Assembly (NCBI GenBank): GCA_009914755.4
Contig: CP068257.2
Location: forward strand, 8,000,001-8,064,000
Reading direction: 5' to 3'
From: the human T2T-CHM13v2.0 reference genome, Homo sapiens
DNA length: 64,000 bases
Shown: piece after piece, positions 1 through 14,649 of the stretch
How the letters are laid out: the number at the start of each line of letters is the position of its first letter
Position numbering within the stretch: the first letter of the stretch is position 1
The notes under the pieces: generated by a model
What the model was told of the DNA's origin: nothing
The model's input: the letters and a program-made list of their open reading frames with translations, nothing else
The model's database searches: none
Program-made: the position numbers and the translations under genes

Positions 1-1302
1 TTGACTCTCCAGTTAAAAATTACCCTATCAAAATTATCTGACCCCCATCCAGGATTACGTTTCACCATCTAACTTACGATACTTCACATATTTATGTGGC
101 TCATTGTCTGTTATCTGTCTCCCTAAGTTAGAATGCGAGCTTCATGATGGCAGACTTTTGGTCAATTTCCTTCACTCAATAATTCCTGACCCAAAGTAAA
201 CACTTCATAAGTATTTTTTGAATATACAAATATATAATACAAATTATCAAGGAGCTTATAAATAAGTAAAGACACAAACCAGCATTATAATGCAGTTTGA
301 GAAATATCAATATTGTGGTATAGGAGGACGTATGTAAACTATTAGAAGCAACAGTTAAATAAGAAGCAATTCAGAAAGACACACAGTGTGGGTGATATCT
401 GAGTTAAAGGACAGAAAGTAAGAAGATAACCAGATGGAGAAAAGAGAGGAAGATCTTACAAACAAGCATCAGAAGTTACCATAAGAAAAGCAAGTACAAA
501 ATAATCGTAAGAAAAACAATTGCATCCCAATTATTATGACAAACATAATTAACTATGAAAACCCAAAACAGTTCATGCTTTGATAATGCTAAAGTTGATA
601 AGTAGATTAAGATGTGATAGAACAATCTGTAAATCTTAGTGCTTCCTAACTTTTGAGAAAACATTTTTAGGCAAGATATGCTGATTTAAGGAAGAAAAGT
701 TGTTAATGGATGAGGCATGTCCCTTAAAGACAAACACTATGAACACTGTTTACAGCCTTTATAATGCAAAGGTGCCAGGTTTTTTTTTTAAGTCCTTGGA
801 ATCTCAGTTGGCAACTTTGAAATTCATGTGTAATTCATGAGTTTTTTAAAAGAAATGTAATAAGTAACACAAGTGATTCTAGAGCTTGTCTTTAGGCTGA
901 GGTAGATATTGGCATTATAAGTTGAAGTGTTAGAAAGGAACAATAAGAATTAAGAATAAGCAGTAATTTCTGCCAAGATCTGTGGCACCCAGTCTCACAC
1001 ATAAGGCTTTTTGGAATTTCTTGGTTTCCAAGGTTCAGGCTCTCATGCTTTAGTTTGTACATAAAGGACTTAAGTTATTCTTAAAGCACAGTTTTAGCAC
1101 TTCATACCAGGAGATGGTTATGAGACTGATCACAGGATAAAGTGAAATAGGATGTGTGCCTGCTTGTAGAAGGAACCTCTTTCCTTCTGCCATTCTATTC
1201 CTACTTTTCTGGCAGGAAAGTCCTAGAAAACATTTCATATACAGATTAATTTTAAACAATTTACATTATATTTTACTATTATTCGCTTCTAGAATATATC
1301 TA

Positions 1303-1622
1303 GGCTGGCCCTGGTGGCTCACACTTGAAATCCCAGCACTTTGGGAGACTGAAGTGGGTGGATCACCTGAACTCAGGAGTTTGAGACTAGCCTAGCCTAG
1401 CCAACATGGTAAAACCTAGTCTCTACTAAAAATCCAAAAATTAGCTGGGTGTGGTGATGCGTACCTGTAATCCCAGCTACTCGGGAGGCTGAGGGAGGAG
1501 AACCATTGAGCCTGGAAGGTGGAGGCGGCAGTGAGCCAAGATTGTGTCACTGAACTCCAGCCTGGGCAACAGAGCAAGACTCTGTCTCAAAAAAACAACA
1601 AACAAACAAAGAAACAAAAAAA
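1303..1622 (+). mobile_element. Alu SINE (AluS-like), full length with A-rich tail
   Basis: Starts ggctggccctggtggctcacacttgaaatcccagcactttgggag, has the Alu dimer structure, and ends gcctgggcaacagagcaagactctgtctcaaaaaaacaacaaac. The A-rich tail is at 1590-1622. Confidence 0.9.
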
Positions 1623-4040
1623 TCTTAGCTTATATATTTCTCACATCTGATCCTACCATTTTACTTCTTTTTTCCTGTTTATGCCAATTATTTCTATTCC
1701 TCTTTACATATAGGCAGAGAGATTTGACTAAAATGCGTCATAGACAAGGACATCTACTAAATTTACCTATTCTTCATGTTGAATTCCACAACAGATTTCA
1801 AATACAACCAAAATCTCCAAATGAAATCTTAATTCTAAATTGAGTGCTTGTAGTCTTCAAATATGTTCAAATAGAACATCAAAGCTCAATAAAAATAGTT
1901 ATACCACTTGGGATGGTATTTAAAATATTTTTTCCTAAATAAATTCAGCTTCAGAGGATGAGAAAACCTTCATTAGGAGATGTATCTTAAAGGACAAATT
2001 AAGTTAAATAAATGTGAAAGAAATCATACTTTATTATGTTGACTAGTAAGATACTTTGTGTTACTATTGTGAATTAATGCCATCCAAATATTGAGTGATG
2101 TAATTCAATTTAGTAAAAGAAAAAAGTCTAAATTATCAACTTCTTTCCTTATAAAAATGAAATATGCTATAACTTGCATTGTTTCCATGGCAATGACCCT
2201 GATGATCAGAAAGAGAGGTTAAAACATAAAAACATTTAAAATCATCTAATCTAAATTATAAAAAAGAAATCCCTTTCTTCAGAAAAAATAATTTTTTAAG
2301 GAAGCACTCAAAAACAAATCTCTACTAGTAGATACACAGCATACACATCTCTTACTATCTCCCATGCAGACTGCATAAAAAGGCTTGCTGACTACTTTTA
2401 AGAAAACAACATTCAGATGTCTGGAAAGTATCTGAAATGCATGATTAATCTACACAGATAATTTTCTCAAGAAACTAAATTTTGAAGACAAGTAATTCAA
2501 AAGTATATTGTCTTTAAAGTAAATCCACTGGTATTCTTAAATTGCTGTAATACTTTCTCTGTTTACCTTATAGTGTGAACCTCTCAAGCTATGGGAATGC
2601 ATGTAATCTCTAAGAATAGCTGACTTCTTTTGTAGGAAAAAGCTGTTAGAAATGACTGTTAGGATTTCAAATGTTTGGGAGTGTGTATTCATGTGGGTTT
2701 TATGTGTTGAATATTTGCATTTATAATTTTAAGATGCTTAAATCCAAAACTAAAATGACCCATGTAACATAATTCTGCCATAGGATAAATTAAATTCAAT
2801 TAAATTTTTCCATACAAATTATTATCTACCACAATGCAAAAATATTTATATATCATAAAGATGTAAGAAACACTGACTTCTGTAATACAGCAGAGTTCAA
2901 TTTCACTGCTACTTAGCTTGATGATATTTTAAGGTCATGTCTCTTGGAATACACATTCAATATTCATTGCCAAATGTCTGAGCTCACCTCTCTTGAAGCC
3001 ATATTCAATTATCAACTGAAAATAATTTACCAAGCAACCTCACAAAACACAAACTCTAGGTAGCATTAAGGTTTTTCAAAGTGATTATTCCTTACTGGTA
3101 GTGATCCTAAGATATTAAAACTCATAGATCACATGATCTGAGATTTTCTAATTGAAAAGCTGTAGCTGTAAACCTTTAATTCAAAGTCGGATACCACCTT
3201 CAGCTGTCAAAAGAATTACATAATCACTTAAATTTCTGGAATGAAAGAGAAAATGAAGAGAACAATAAAAGTAACTTTGAAATGCACTGGGAAACAATTG
3301 GAAGGAACCAAATGGAGGCAAAGACAGAGAGAGGGCTGTTTATCTAACCTTTCCTTCTTGAGTAGGTTTTCTCTGATATCTCTAGAGAAAAATTGGACGT
3401 GTAACAATGAAATACAAAATACAAGATATTGTCTTGGTATAATTACTTGCAATGATTCCAAGATGGCAGAATTTGAGAACCTGCTAAATAGGACAACAAA
3501 GTGATCTGCTTTTCCAAAATTTTGCCCCTTAACTTAAATATTATTTCATGGTGAAGATCAATAAAACTGAAAATTGGAATTGCCAGATATTATCAGATTT
3601 TATTTTTTGAATGCTTAATAGCTGACCCAAAATCTGGTCATAAAAATGGAAGTTAAATTAAATTGTCCTCAAAATTTAAGTTTGCTACATTTGTAAGCGC
3701 CACTTCCTTCTTCAAAATTTCAAACTTTCTCATATCTAGCAGCAACTTGAAATTAGCAATTTAAGCATGTAAATTCATCTTGGAAACCAAATTGATTAAA
3801 ATTGTATGTGTATTCATGATAATGTTTAAAATTTTTGCTACATTTAAACCCTAAGTTAGTTACAAAAACTCTAAAATTATGCTTGTTTAAAAACTTGGGA
3901 TAACTTGCTTTTGAAAACATACTGACATATTCATTCCATTCTTATAATTATTTTTGTATCACTCCCAAACAGCACACCATTGTATATGTCCCCAAAATGG
4001 CACTTCTTTGCTAAAGCCACTAAGACAGAAATACTTTTGA

Positions 4041-4312
4041 GCCAGATGCAATGGCTCATGCCTATAATCTCAGTACTTAGGGAGGCCTAGGTTAGAGGAC
4101 TGCTTGAAGATAGGAGTTCGTGACCTGCCTGGGCAACATAGCAAGACCCAGTCTTTACAAATGAAATGAAAACAAAATATAAAATAAACGAGCTGGGCAT
4201 AGTAGTGCACACCTGTGGTCATAGCTATCAGGAGGCTGAGATGAGAGGACCATATGAACCTAGGAGTTTGGGGCTGTGATGAGCTATGATTGCACCACTG
4301 CACCTCAGTCAG
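4041..4312 (+). mobile_element. Alu SINE, diverged (AluJ-like), no clear poly-A tail
   Basis: Runs gccagatgcaatggctcatgcctataatctcagtacttagggaggc ... ccactgcacctcagtc. Alu consensus blocks are recognisable with many substitutions. Confidence 0.8.
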
Positions 4313-7138
4313 AACTACGGGTTGCTGAGTTAGAAATAAATTCTCAGTTCTGAATATAATAACTGCTCCTGACACTCCCCAGAATCCTGCAAATGAGCTG
4401 GGTTTTCTGGTGCCTCTCTATAGTCCCTCTTTCTCAGGAAACACCCCCATGGTTTTCCCTGCTGTGCTATTAATTACACCCATGCTTATTATATGTCAGT
4501 TCAGTTTTATCTAGATTCTCCCGAAGTCAGTGCTGAACTTAGTTGTTTGAAAATGTATATATTGTAACAGTTACCAAAAAGACAAAATACAGCTAGATAT
4601 TTATGCTATTTGTTTCATTTCTATCGTAGGTATATTTCCTTTTAAAATTCATATGTATCTTTCTCTAAGGATTGTCTCCATTTTCAGATGTTAAACACTT
4701 TCTCATGCACAAACCACCTAAGCAGCATAGACACAGAGTCCGTGTCAGGGAATGTTACATTCAGGATAGGCACCTATTATTCTGTAACTCAGAAGCAGGA
4801 AAATGGATGTCCTCAAGCAGATGCTTTTCTTGACAGATACAAAAAATTGACAAGGATCATTGACTTACTTCCAACCCACCATTCATCTCTTTTCTCTTAT
4901 TTTGACCCTAAGGGTCCCAGAGGGATAATGGCCCTACATTGTTATTTAGAATTCAGATTTCAGACTGCATTTCTTATATCATTTTTTATAAGTAGTGGTT
5001 GCACACAGTTGAGACAATACTATGATATTAATCTACATTCCTCGTTAAATTGATTTTTTTGTCTTCTATTTTTTTAGCTTAGGTACAATTTCTCACACGG
5101 TTTCTCAGGAAGGAACATTGGGATTTCCCAATGACTTAAACATTTAGAACATAGTCTATTCATATATATGAAGAGCTTGTGTAGAAAGTATAATTTACTT
5201 ATACTATTACGCTTAAGAAATTATGTGAAATAATGTGAAAATAATCTTATAACATTTGCATGCATATTTGCCGCAAGAGTCATACTTCATTGATACTTAA
5301 TCATAATCTTGGACATTGCGGGTTCCAATAACCAATATTTAATGCAAGACTGTAAACTTACTAGAGAGAAAACCTTATTTATAAATTTTCATGTATTCTT
5401 TTCTTGACAATAATAATGAGCTATGAGATTTGTATTTTAAGATACTTAGTAATAAAAAGTTTAATTTTTAAAACTTTTATTTTTAAATTCTGCTTAATTG
5501 CATAAAAGTTAAAAGGTAATATTTAATATTTAATGAGGCTTATTGATCTAAATGATGATATGCAGCTTGGGTTATACTTGCAATTATAAGATTTGCTCAT
5601 TACACCTAAGCAATCTCCTTCACTCAATCTAGCTACCACAAAGGAAGCAAAATTCCCTGAATGATAATATCAAAGCATTCCATTATGTTTTCTATTAAGG
5701 TGTTTTGTTCTTTGAATCATTGTCTATTTTAATTTATCCTTTTAGAAAGAAAACAAATTACTTAACTTGCATTTCCCACTAGAAGCTTCACTGCAGCTAG
5801 ACTTGGAATTGATTTCAGGCCATTTTTTAATAAATGATGGTCCCCAGTGAAGGATAGAATATTTGAGCAATCAATACTGAGTAAATAAAAGGGTTTTTTG
5901 GGTAAATAAGAGAGAAGATACCTATTTTTTTCAAATATTTTAAATATCTAATAACCTATTCCTCATCTAAAACAAGCCACAATTACTGGAAATGATGGTC
6001 AGAGGAAGGTTTTATCAACCCTGTGTAATACTACACGTCATGTTGGATCACTATTACAGAGAAACAGTTGTCATGCTGCATTGTAATAACTCTACACATT
6101 ACCAGAGAAATAAACAACTCTATAGCCACAGAAATCCAACATAGCTACTGTCTACATATTCTTGTTTTAGACCTTTGGTGAAAATACTATGTGTATTAAA
6201 TATATTTTACATTAGTTTTATCACAAAAAATAAAAATGAGAATTCTATTAAATGCTAATATAAACTCTGGCATGAAAGAAAAATTAAAATCAAAGCTGAT
6301 CTTAATTAACAAAGTGTATTATCTGCTTACATGTATATACAACTATTCATATACAAAGGCACACATGCACTTGTGGTTTTGAAAAATATCTATTTCATTT
6401 CAAAAATTCATTGAACAATATTACATATGGCAAGAAAACTGCCCTTTTTGAAGGATCTTTTAAAAAGTGTTAAACTTTATTAGATACTTCAAACTAGCAA
6501 AGCTCAACTTCATCACAATTATATAATAACACTGCACGCTTTCAATTTTATCTCTAGAAATATACCTATCCCTTGAAATAAACTCTGTGAACTTCTTGCT
6601 CACAGATTTCATTTCAAGCCTTGAAAATGCAGAAAATCAATGCCAAATATACTTGACCCAAGAGGAAAAGAAAATTTCAGGGGTGTCAGGATGTTTTATC
6701 ACATAAAATACAGAATTGCAATTTGTATCTGAGCAGGCAACACACCTCCAAAAATAATACAATACTTATCACAAAATACATTCACAGATACTAGATTTGG
6801 CACAAACCACTCCATACAGCTATTGATCAAGTCAATATTGAAAGCCTTATTACAAAATCTATGGCCCTTTTCTACTCTCCAACAGACATTTCAGGATGCC
6901 ACAAACTTGCAGCTCCACTCTATCATTAATTTCCCCTAAATACGCTTGGCAGAAGAATGAGAAACGTCACGTTTTTTCATTTAATTTCTAAAGAACATCA
7001 CATCCTTTAAGAATAGGTTCTTGAAATTTTAAAATGTAAAACATAAAAACCCTAAAGAAAAGAAACAAACATCCAAAAACTTTTCTTCAAAATCACAACA
7101 ACTTTATATGCTATGTGTTCTTGTAAAATACCACACAC

Positions 7139-7166
7139 ACAAACTCACATGCATACCCACCCCCCC

Positions 7167-7203
<37 letters not shown>
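7139..7203. repeat. (CA)n/(TG)n microsatellite, interrupted
   Basis: Sequence is cacacacacaaactcacatgcatacccaccccccc followed by a run of about 19 CA units, read directly. Confidence 0.95.
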
Positions 7204-7205
<2 letters not shown>

Positions 7206-7230
7206 AGCCTCATAATACCATATATATATA

Positions 7231-7374
7231 TTGACGTTTAAGCAATTTGTTGTAATCTTCTGCCAGGTTTTTGTTACAGGGTATTGTAATGCCTCTACAC
7301 CAGTTAAATTGAAATAGAGTTAGGTGTGAGTAAATGCATCAAAATTGAAGCCATCTTTCCGAAAAATGCAGCAT
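7231..7374 (+). repeat. Left arm of a large inverted repeat (palindrome arm)
   Basis: The reverse complement of 7231-7374 (ttgacgtttaagcaatttgttgtaatcttctgccagg...ccatctttccgaaa) matches 8888-9021 (tttcggaaagatagcctcaattttgatgcatttactcacacc...ttaaacgtcaa) at roughly 95% identity by eye. Confidence 0.85.
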
Positions 7375-7395
7375 GACAACTGTTTCTCTGTAATA

Positions 7396-7411
7396 GTGAT
7401 ATACATATCTG

Positions 7412-7464
<53 letters not shown>

Positions 7465-8834
7465 TATTCATATATATATTCATACACATATATTCATATA
7501 TATATATTCATACACATATATTCATATATATATATTCATATATATACATATATATTCATATATATTCATATATATATTCATATATATATACATATATATT
7601 CATATATATTCATATATATATACATATATATATTCATATATATATACATATATACATATATATATTCATATATATATTCATATATATATTCATATATATA
7701 TTCATATATATATTCATATATATATTCATATATATATTCATATATATATATTCATATATATATTCATATATATATATTCATATATATATTCATATATATA
7801 TATTCATATATATATTCATATATATATATTCATATATATATTCATATATATATATTCATATATATATTCATATATATATATTCATATATATATTCATATA
7901 TATATATTCATATATATATTCATATATATATTCATATATATTCATATATATATATTCATATATATATTCATATATATTCATATATATATATTCATATATA
8001 TATTCATATATATTCATATATATATATTCATATATATATTCATATATATATATTCATATATATATTCATATATATATATTCATATATATATTCATATATA
8101 TATATTCATATATATATTCATATATATATATTCATATATATATTCATATATATATATTCATATATATATTCATATATATATTCATATATATTCATATATA
8201 TATTCATATATATATTCATATATATATTCATATATATTCATATATATATTCATATATATTCATATATATATTCATATATATTCATATATATATTCATATA
8301 CGTATATTCATATATATATTCATATATATATTCATATATATATATTCATATACATATATTCATATATATATATTCATATACATATATTCATATATATATA
8401 TATTCATATACATATATTCATATACATATATTCATATACATATATTCATATATATATTCATATATATATATTCATATATATATATTCATATATATATATA
8501 TGCATATATATATATATTTATATATATATTCATATATATATATTCATATATATATATTCATATATATATATTCATATATATATTCATATATATATATTCA
8601 TATATATATTCATATATATATTCATATATATATTCATATATATACATATATATTCATATATATATTCATATATATACATATATATTCATATATATATTCA
8701 TATATATATTCATATATATATATTCATATATATATATTCATATATATATATTCATATATATATATTCATATATATATATTCATATATATATATATTCATA
8801 TATATATATTCATATATATATATTCATATATATG
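7396..8834. repeat. AT-rich compound tandem repeat (TA)3-5TTCA, about 120 units (10/12/14-bp period with TACACA/TACATA variants)
   Basis: Continuous tatatatattcatatatatattcatatatatatattca... read directly. It has no stop codons in two frames, which explains the 496/483-aa ORFs in the track. Confidence 0.95.
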
Positions 8835-8887
8835 AATTCCAACAGAATTCCATATATATATAATGAATTCCAACAGAAAAAAGCCAA

Positions 8888-9021
8888 TTTCGGAAAGATA
8901 GCCTCAATTTTGATGCATTTACTCACACCTAACTCTATTTCAATTTAACTGGTGCAGAGGCATTACAATACCCTGTAACAAAAACCTGGCGGAAGATTAC
9001 AACAAATTGCTTAAACGTCAA
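8888..9021 (-). repeat. Right arm of the large inverted repeat (partner of 7231-7374)
   Basis: See left arm. The arms are in inverted orientation and separated by the AT-rich tandem repeat plus short unique junctions. Confidence 0.85.
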
Positions 9022-11189
9022 ACCAAAGACTCACATAATTTCATCATAAAGTGAAATTTGCATCCAACTCTCAAAGAATTAGAACATCCTTGCACTTACC
9101 TTGGCCTTGTCCATTCCCCTGATGACCCCAAAAGACCACAGTCATCATCAACAGTCCCGGAGCCCACGTCCACATCCTTCTAGTGACACTTTCATGTCTT
9201 CTGGCCATTGCATCTTAAACTCTGCATATTCAGTGGGGTGGATGTGAAAGTACAATAAATTACATTCTTAGAGAAATATACTACGACTCAAATCCCATAT
9301 CTAATATGCACTTTGCATTTCTGAATTATCCTGCTTACAAGGAGGTACATTTGAAAATCATGCTTCCCTTTAGGATTGTCATATTGATGATTAATATGAA
9401 AGCTCATTCATCTTTAATCTTTATTCTAAGCATTCATCTGAATTACATTTTTAATATCATTTTCCAAAACAGGCCATTTAACCTATGAATGTTAAAAAGT
9501 ACTCCCAATATACATATTGGAGTTCAGTCAAGCAAAAAAATTGTGTATGGACAGTACTTAAGTATAACTTGATATTTAGGCAAATTGATGAATTTAACAT
9601 ACCATGTAATCTCTACATATATACAAAAGGACTTTTCAACACACTTATGTAAGTTTAGCATAAATACCCTTGAAAATATTCTCAAGTTTTAAGTGGTATT
9701 CTAATTATGGCAGTAATTAACTGAATAAAGAGATTCATCATGTGCAAAAACTAATCTTGTTTACTTAAAATTGAGAGTAAAATTAATTATAGAAGTTACA
9801 AAACACTTGTAATTTTGGTTTCAGATATATAACCCACAGGACTTTCATATATACAAACATTATATATGACAATGTATATTTGAATGTTCATTTTGAAACT
9901 GCTTTTCATACTGACACATGAAAATACTTAAATGTCCACCAAAGCAAGGTTATTTATTCATACATTTGAATGATATACAGTAGCTCAAAAGAATAAACTT
10001 GAGTTGCATGTACTAATATGGATGTGTCAAAAATGAATAGTGAAGCAAAACTAGCAAATTGAATAATAAGTTCAAAACTATACCTTTCATATGTAAACAT
10101 GTACAATAGTTAAAACTATACATTTTATGTTGCATAAATATATAATACAGTATAATAGCGCATAAGAATGATAAACACCTTCAAGACCAAAGTTAGGAAA
10201 TTACAAGACTACAATTTAAATGATTAACAGGTGGAATTTTAAATCAGAGGTTACTCCTAAATCCCAATTTTTCCACAGTTGACAAAATACGGAGTTAAGA
10301 AAAGTAAATTTAATGATTTCCAGAATGAATGCTTTATTCAAAATGCTACATAATTACAATTCTAATAAACTTGCAAGGGAATCCAGTTACCCAGAAGTTT
10401 TCTTTCTCCCTTTCTCCTACATCACGAAAGGGGAAGATTTAATTACCAACTTTGCATTACTTAACTTCAGACTCATAGTATCAGAGCTAAAGAGAAATGT
10501 AAGAAACACCTAACTCAACCTTTCCATTTTAAATGACCAAATGATTTGAGAAGGTTACAATGACATTTCTAAGTTCATATGTAAAAACAGAATTTTGATG
10601 ACAATGACAGTTTAAGTACTAATAAACACTCCATGAAAAGTTACTGTAATCCAGGTTATTTTACTGTGCTAAATGCCTTACATTCTTTACCCAGTTTGGT
10701 TTTCACAGAAATCCTATGAACAAAGCACTTTCAAAATTTACCACTTCACAGCTAAGAAAAACAAGGCTTAGAGAAATGCTACACGATCCCCTAGTCATGA
10801 GGTTAGTAGGTACTATTGTGGAGACTGAGGCAAAACAGGATGATTTCAATGCCTATGCTCTGAACAAGTAAACACTAAGCAGGAATTTAGTTCTAGATCT
10901 CCCAATTGTAATCCAATAATCAGCCAAAAAATGATTCTGAGGGGAAAAAAAGATGTCTTGTGTACGGAGCCTCAAGTATTTGATCCCAAATACATCTTCA
11001 AATTGAAAATCATTCGAGCATAAGGCAATAGAATTACTGTTTCTAAAATCATCAACCTTTCCCAAGTTGAACATACAAGTATATTTTATCATACATATAC
11101 TATATGTATGTATAACGTGTGTTTATATAAGTATTCCTGTGGTTTATATATCTGGACTTGGAATCAGAAGTATTTTGTGATATATTTAT

Positions 11190-11462
11190 TTATTTTTTAA
11201 AGTCTCCCTCTTTTGCTCTGGCAGGAGTGTAGTGGTGTGATCATAGCTCACAGCAGACTCCAACTCCTAGGCTCAAGCGATACTTTTGCCTCGGCCTCTC
11301 AAGTGGCTAGGACTACAGGCACGGACCACCATACCCAGCTAATTTTTTTATAGAGATGGGGTCCCACTGTGTTGCTTGACTGGTCTCAAACTCCTTAGGT
11401 CAAGGGATCCTCACACCTAGACTTCCAAAAGCAATGAGATTACAGGTGTGAGCCACCTTGTG
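11190..11462 (-). mobile_element. Alu SINE (minus orientation)
   Basis: Antisense Alu: ...ctctggcaggagtgtagtggtgtgatcatagctcac...gcctcggcctctcaagtggctaggactacaggcacg...ggtcaagggatcctcacacctag...attacaggtgtgagccacc. Confidence 0.85.
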
Positions 11463-11583
11463 TTTTTTGATTTCTTCCATTAATTCTACTTTTAAATTTA
11501 ATTACACAAGATTAATTTTGTATACATAATGAATCTCTTTTGAGGTTTAAATTACTGATATAATTAGAGTAACACTTAACATG

Positions 11584-11658
11584 ACTGTAATCCCAGCACT
11601 TTGGGAAGCCGAGGCGGGTGGATCACCTGAGGTGAGGCATGAGCCACCGTGCCCGGCC
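11584..11658. mobile_element. Two short Alu fragments in inverted orientation (head-to-head)
   Basis: ctgtaatcccagcactttgggaagccgaggcgggtggatcacctgaggt (sense Alu 5' part) is immediately followed by gaggcatgagccaccgtgcccggcc (antisense of the Alu 5' start). Confidence 0.6.
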
Positions 11659-12637
11659 TATATACATTCTTTTAACTACTACTTGCAGATATTTGTTCCC
11701 TTATAATTATAGGGGAACCACTTTCACTTAGTATCAAAATATCCAGATCCACTCATCAAAGTGTAAATAATCCTTGAGTAAATTACTTTTGCAAATTTAT
11801 TTTTATGTAATATTTACTTAACTTCCTCTTACCTACATCCAGTAGTCAATTTAAAAGGCAGAATTTTTACTATTTTATATAGAACTGAGGCAGTATTTGA
11901 AAAAAATCTCAAAACACTCTTCAGGAAGGACTGGCATCTAAAACACCAGTTCCAATACATATTTTAGTAACATTTTAATGGACAGATGGTTTTCAAAATG
12001 TTATTATAATTAAAAAAAAACCTTCCTCTGAGTTGATGTTTATGGAAAACTAATATTTCATAAATGCCAAGTTACTATGATGTATTATCTGAATGCTGCC
12101 CCTGCCATTCTATAAATATAAAAATCATAGCCTTCTAGCTAACTTTGGTATTAGTCAACAGTTGTGCTGATGAAAAGTAAAATCAATTCATTTAAAAAAA
12201 ATTTTCATGAAAGAAAAAACAAGTAACTTGTAAGAAGCATGGTAGATGAACCAAAAAATAAAGTAAGATTAACCATAAAGACATGCCATGGACTTCTCTT
12301 TTTTTGGAACACCCTTTTCATGCATATGAGAATAAAAATTAAATATTAAATACCTACTTTATGTATGTACTTTTACTTGTACCTATTGCTCTTTAAAGAT
12401 TAAAATAACTCCTAAAGCCTGGATAGTTGAGCCCATTGTGCTCTTCTGCCCATAAAATTGCTAAGCTGTGAATGGAAGTCCACATTAACAATATGAAGAT
12501 GTTCATCTCTGTTTTTGCAAGTTAAAGGAAAGAAGTTTGTTTTAATCTAACCAGATAGAAATGAGGCTGGACACGTTTAAAAAAATAAGCCCCAAAGCAA
12601 ATGCTATCAAATGCAGAATAGAGAGAAGAAATCCTTA

Positions 12638-14511
<1,874 letters not shown>

Positions 14512-14515
<4 letters not shown>

Positions 14516-14649
14516 AGTGGAGATGGGGTGGAAGGCGGCACAGCTTGGCATTGCTGGAGTGTGATGTGATAGGAAAAGTGCAGCCGAAGACAAAAAAAGA
14601 TGTAAGTAGGCTTGACTCAGTGCAGCTAAGAACCTAGATGTTATCTTGA
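14512..14649 (+). repeat. Unique-looking 140-bp tail shared by both minisatellite copies (copy 1)
   Basis: 14512-14649 (atagtggagatggggtggaaggcggcacagcttggcattgctggagtgtgatgtgataggaaaagtgcagccgaagacaaaaaaagatgtaagtaggcttgactcagtgcagctaagaacctagatgttatcttga) aligns to 47105-47243 at about 88% identity. Homology stops at ...gatgttatcttga in both. Confidence 0.8.

Noticed and set aside
7345-8863. 496-aa and 483-aa plus-strand ORFs (YIYIYIH... / IYIYSYI...), the longest in the track
   Set aside because: They are translations of the (TA)nTTCA tandem repeat, which contains no stop codon in two frames. The composition is pure Y/I/H/S/F, and there is no start context or domain. They are artefacts.
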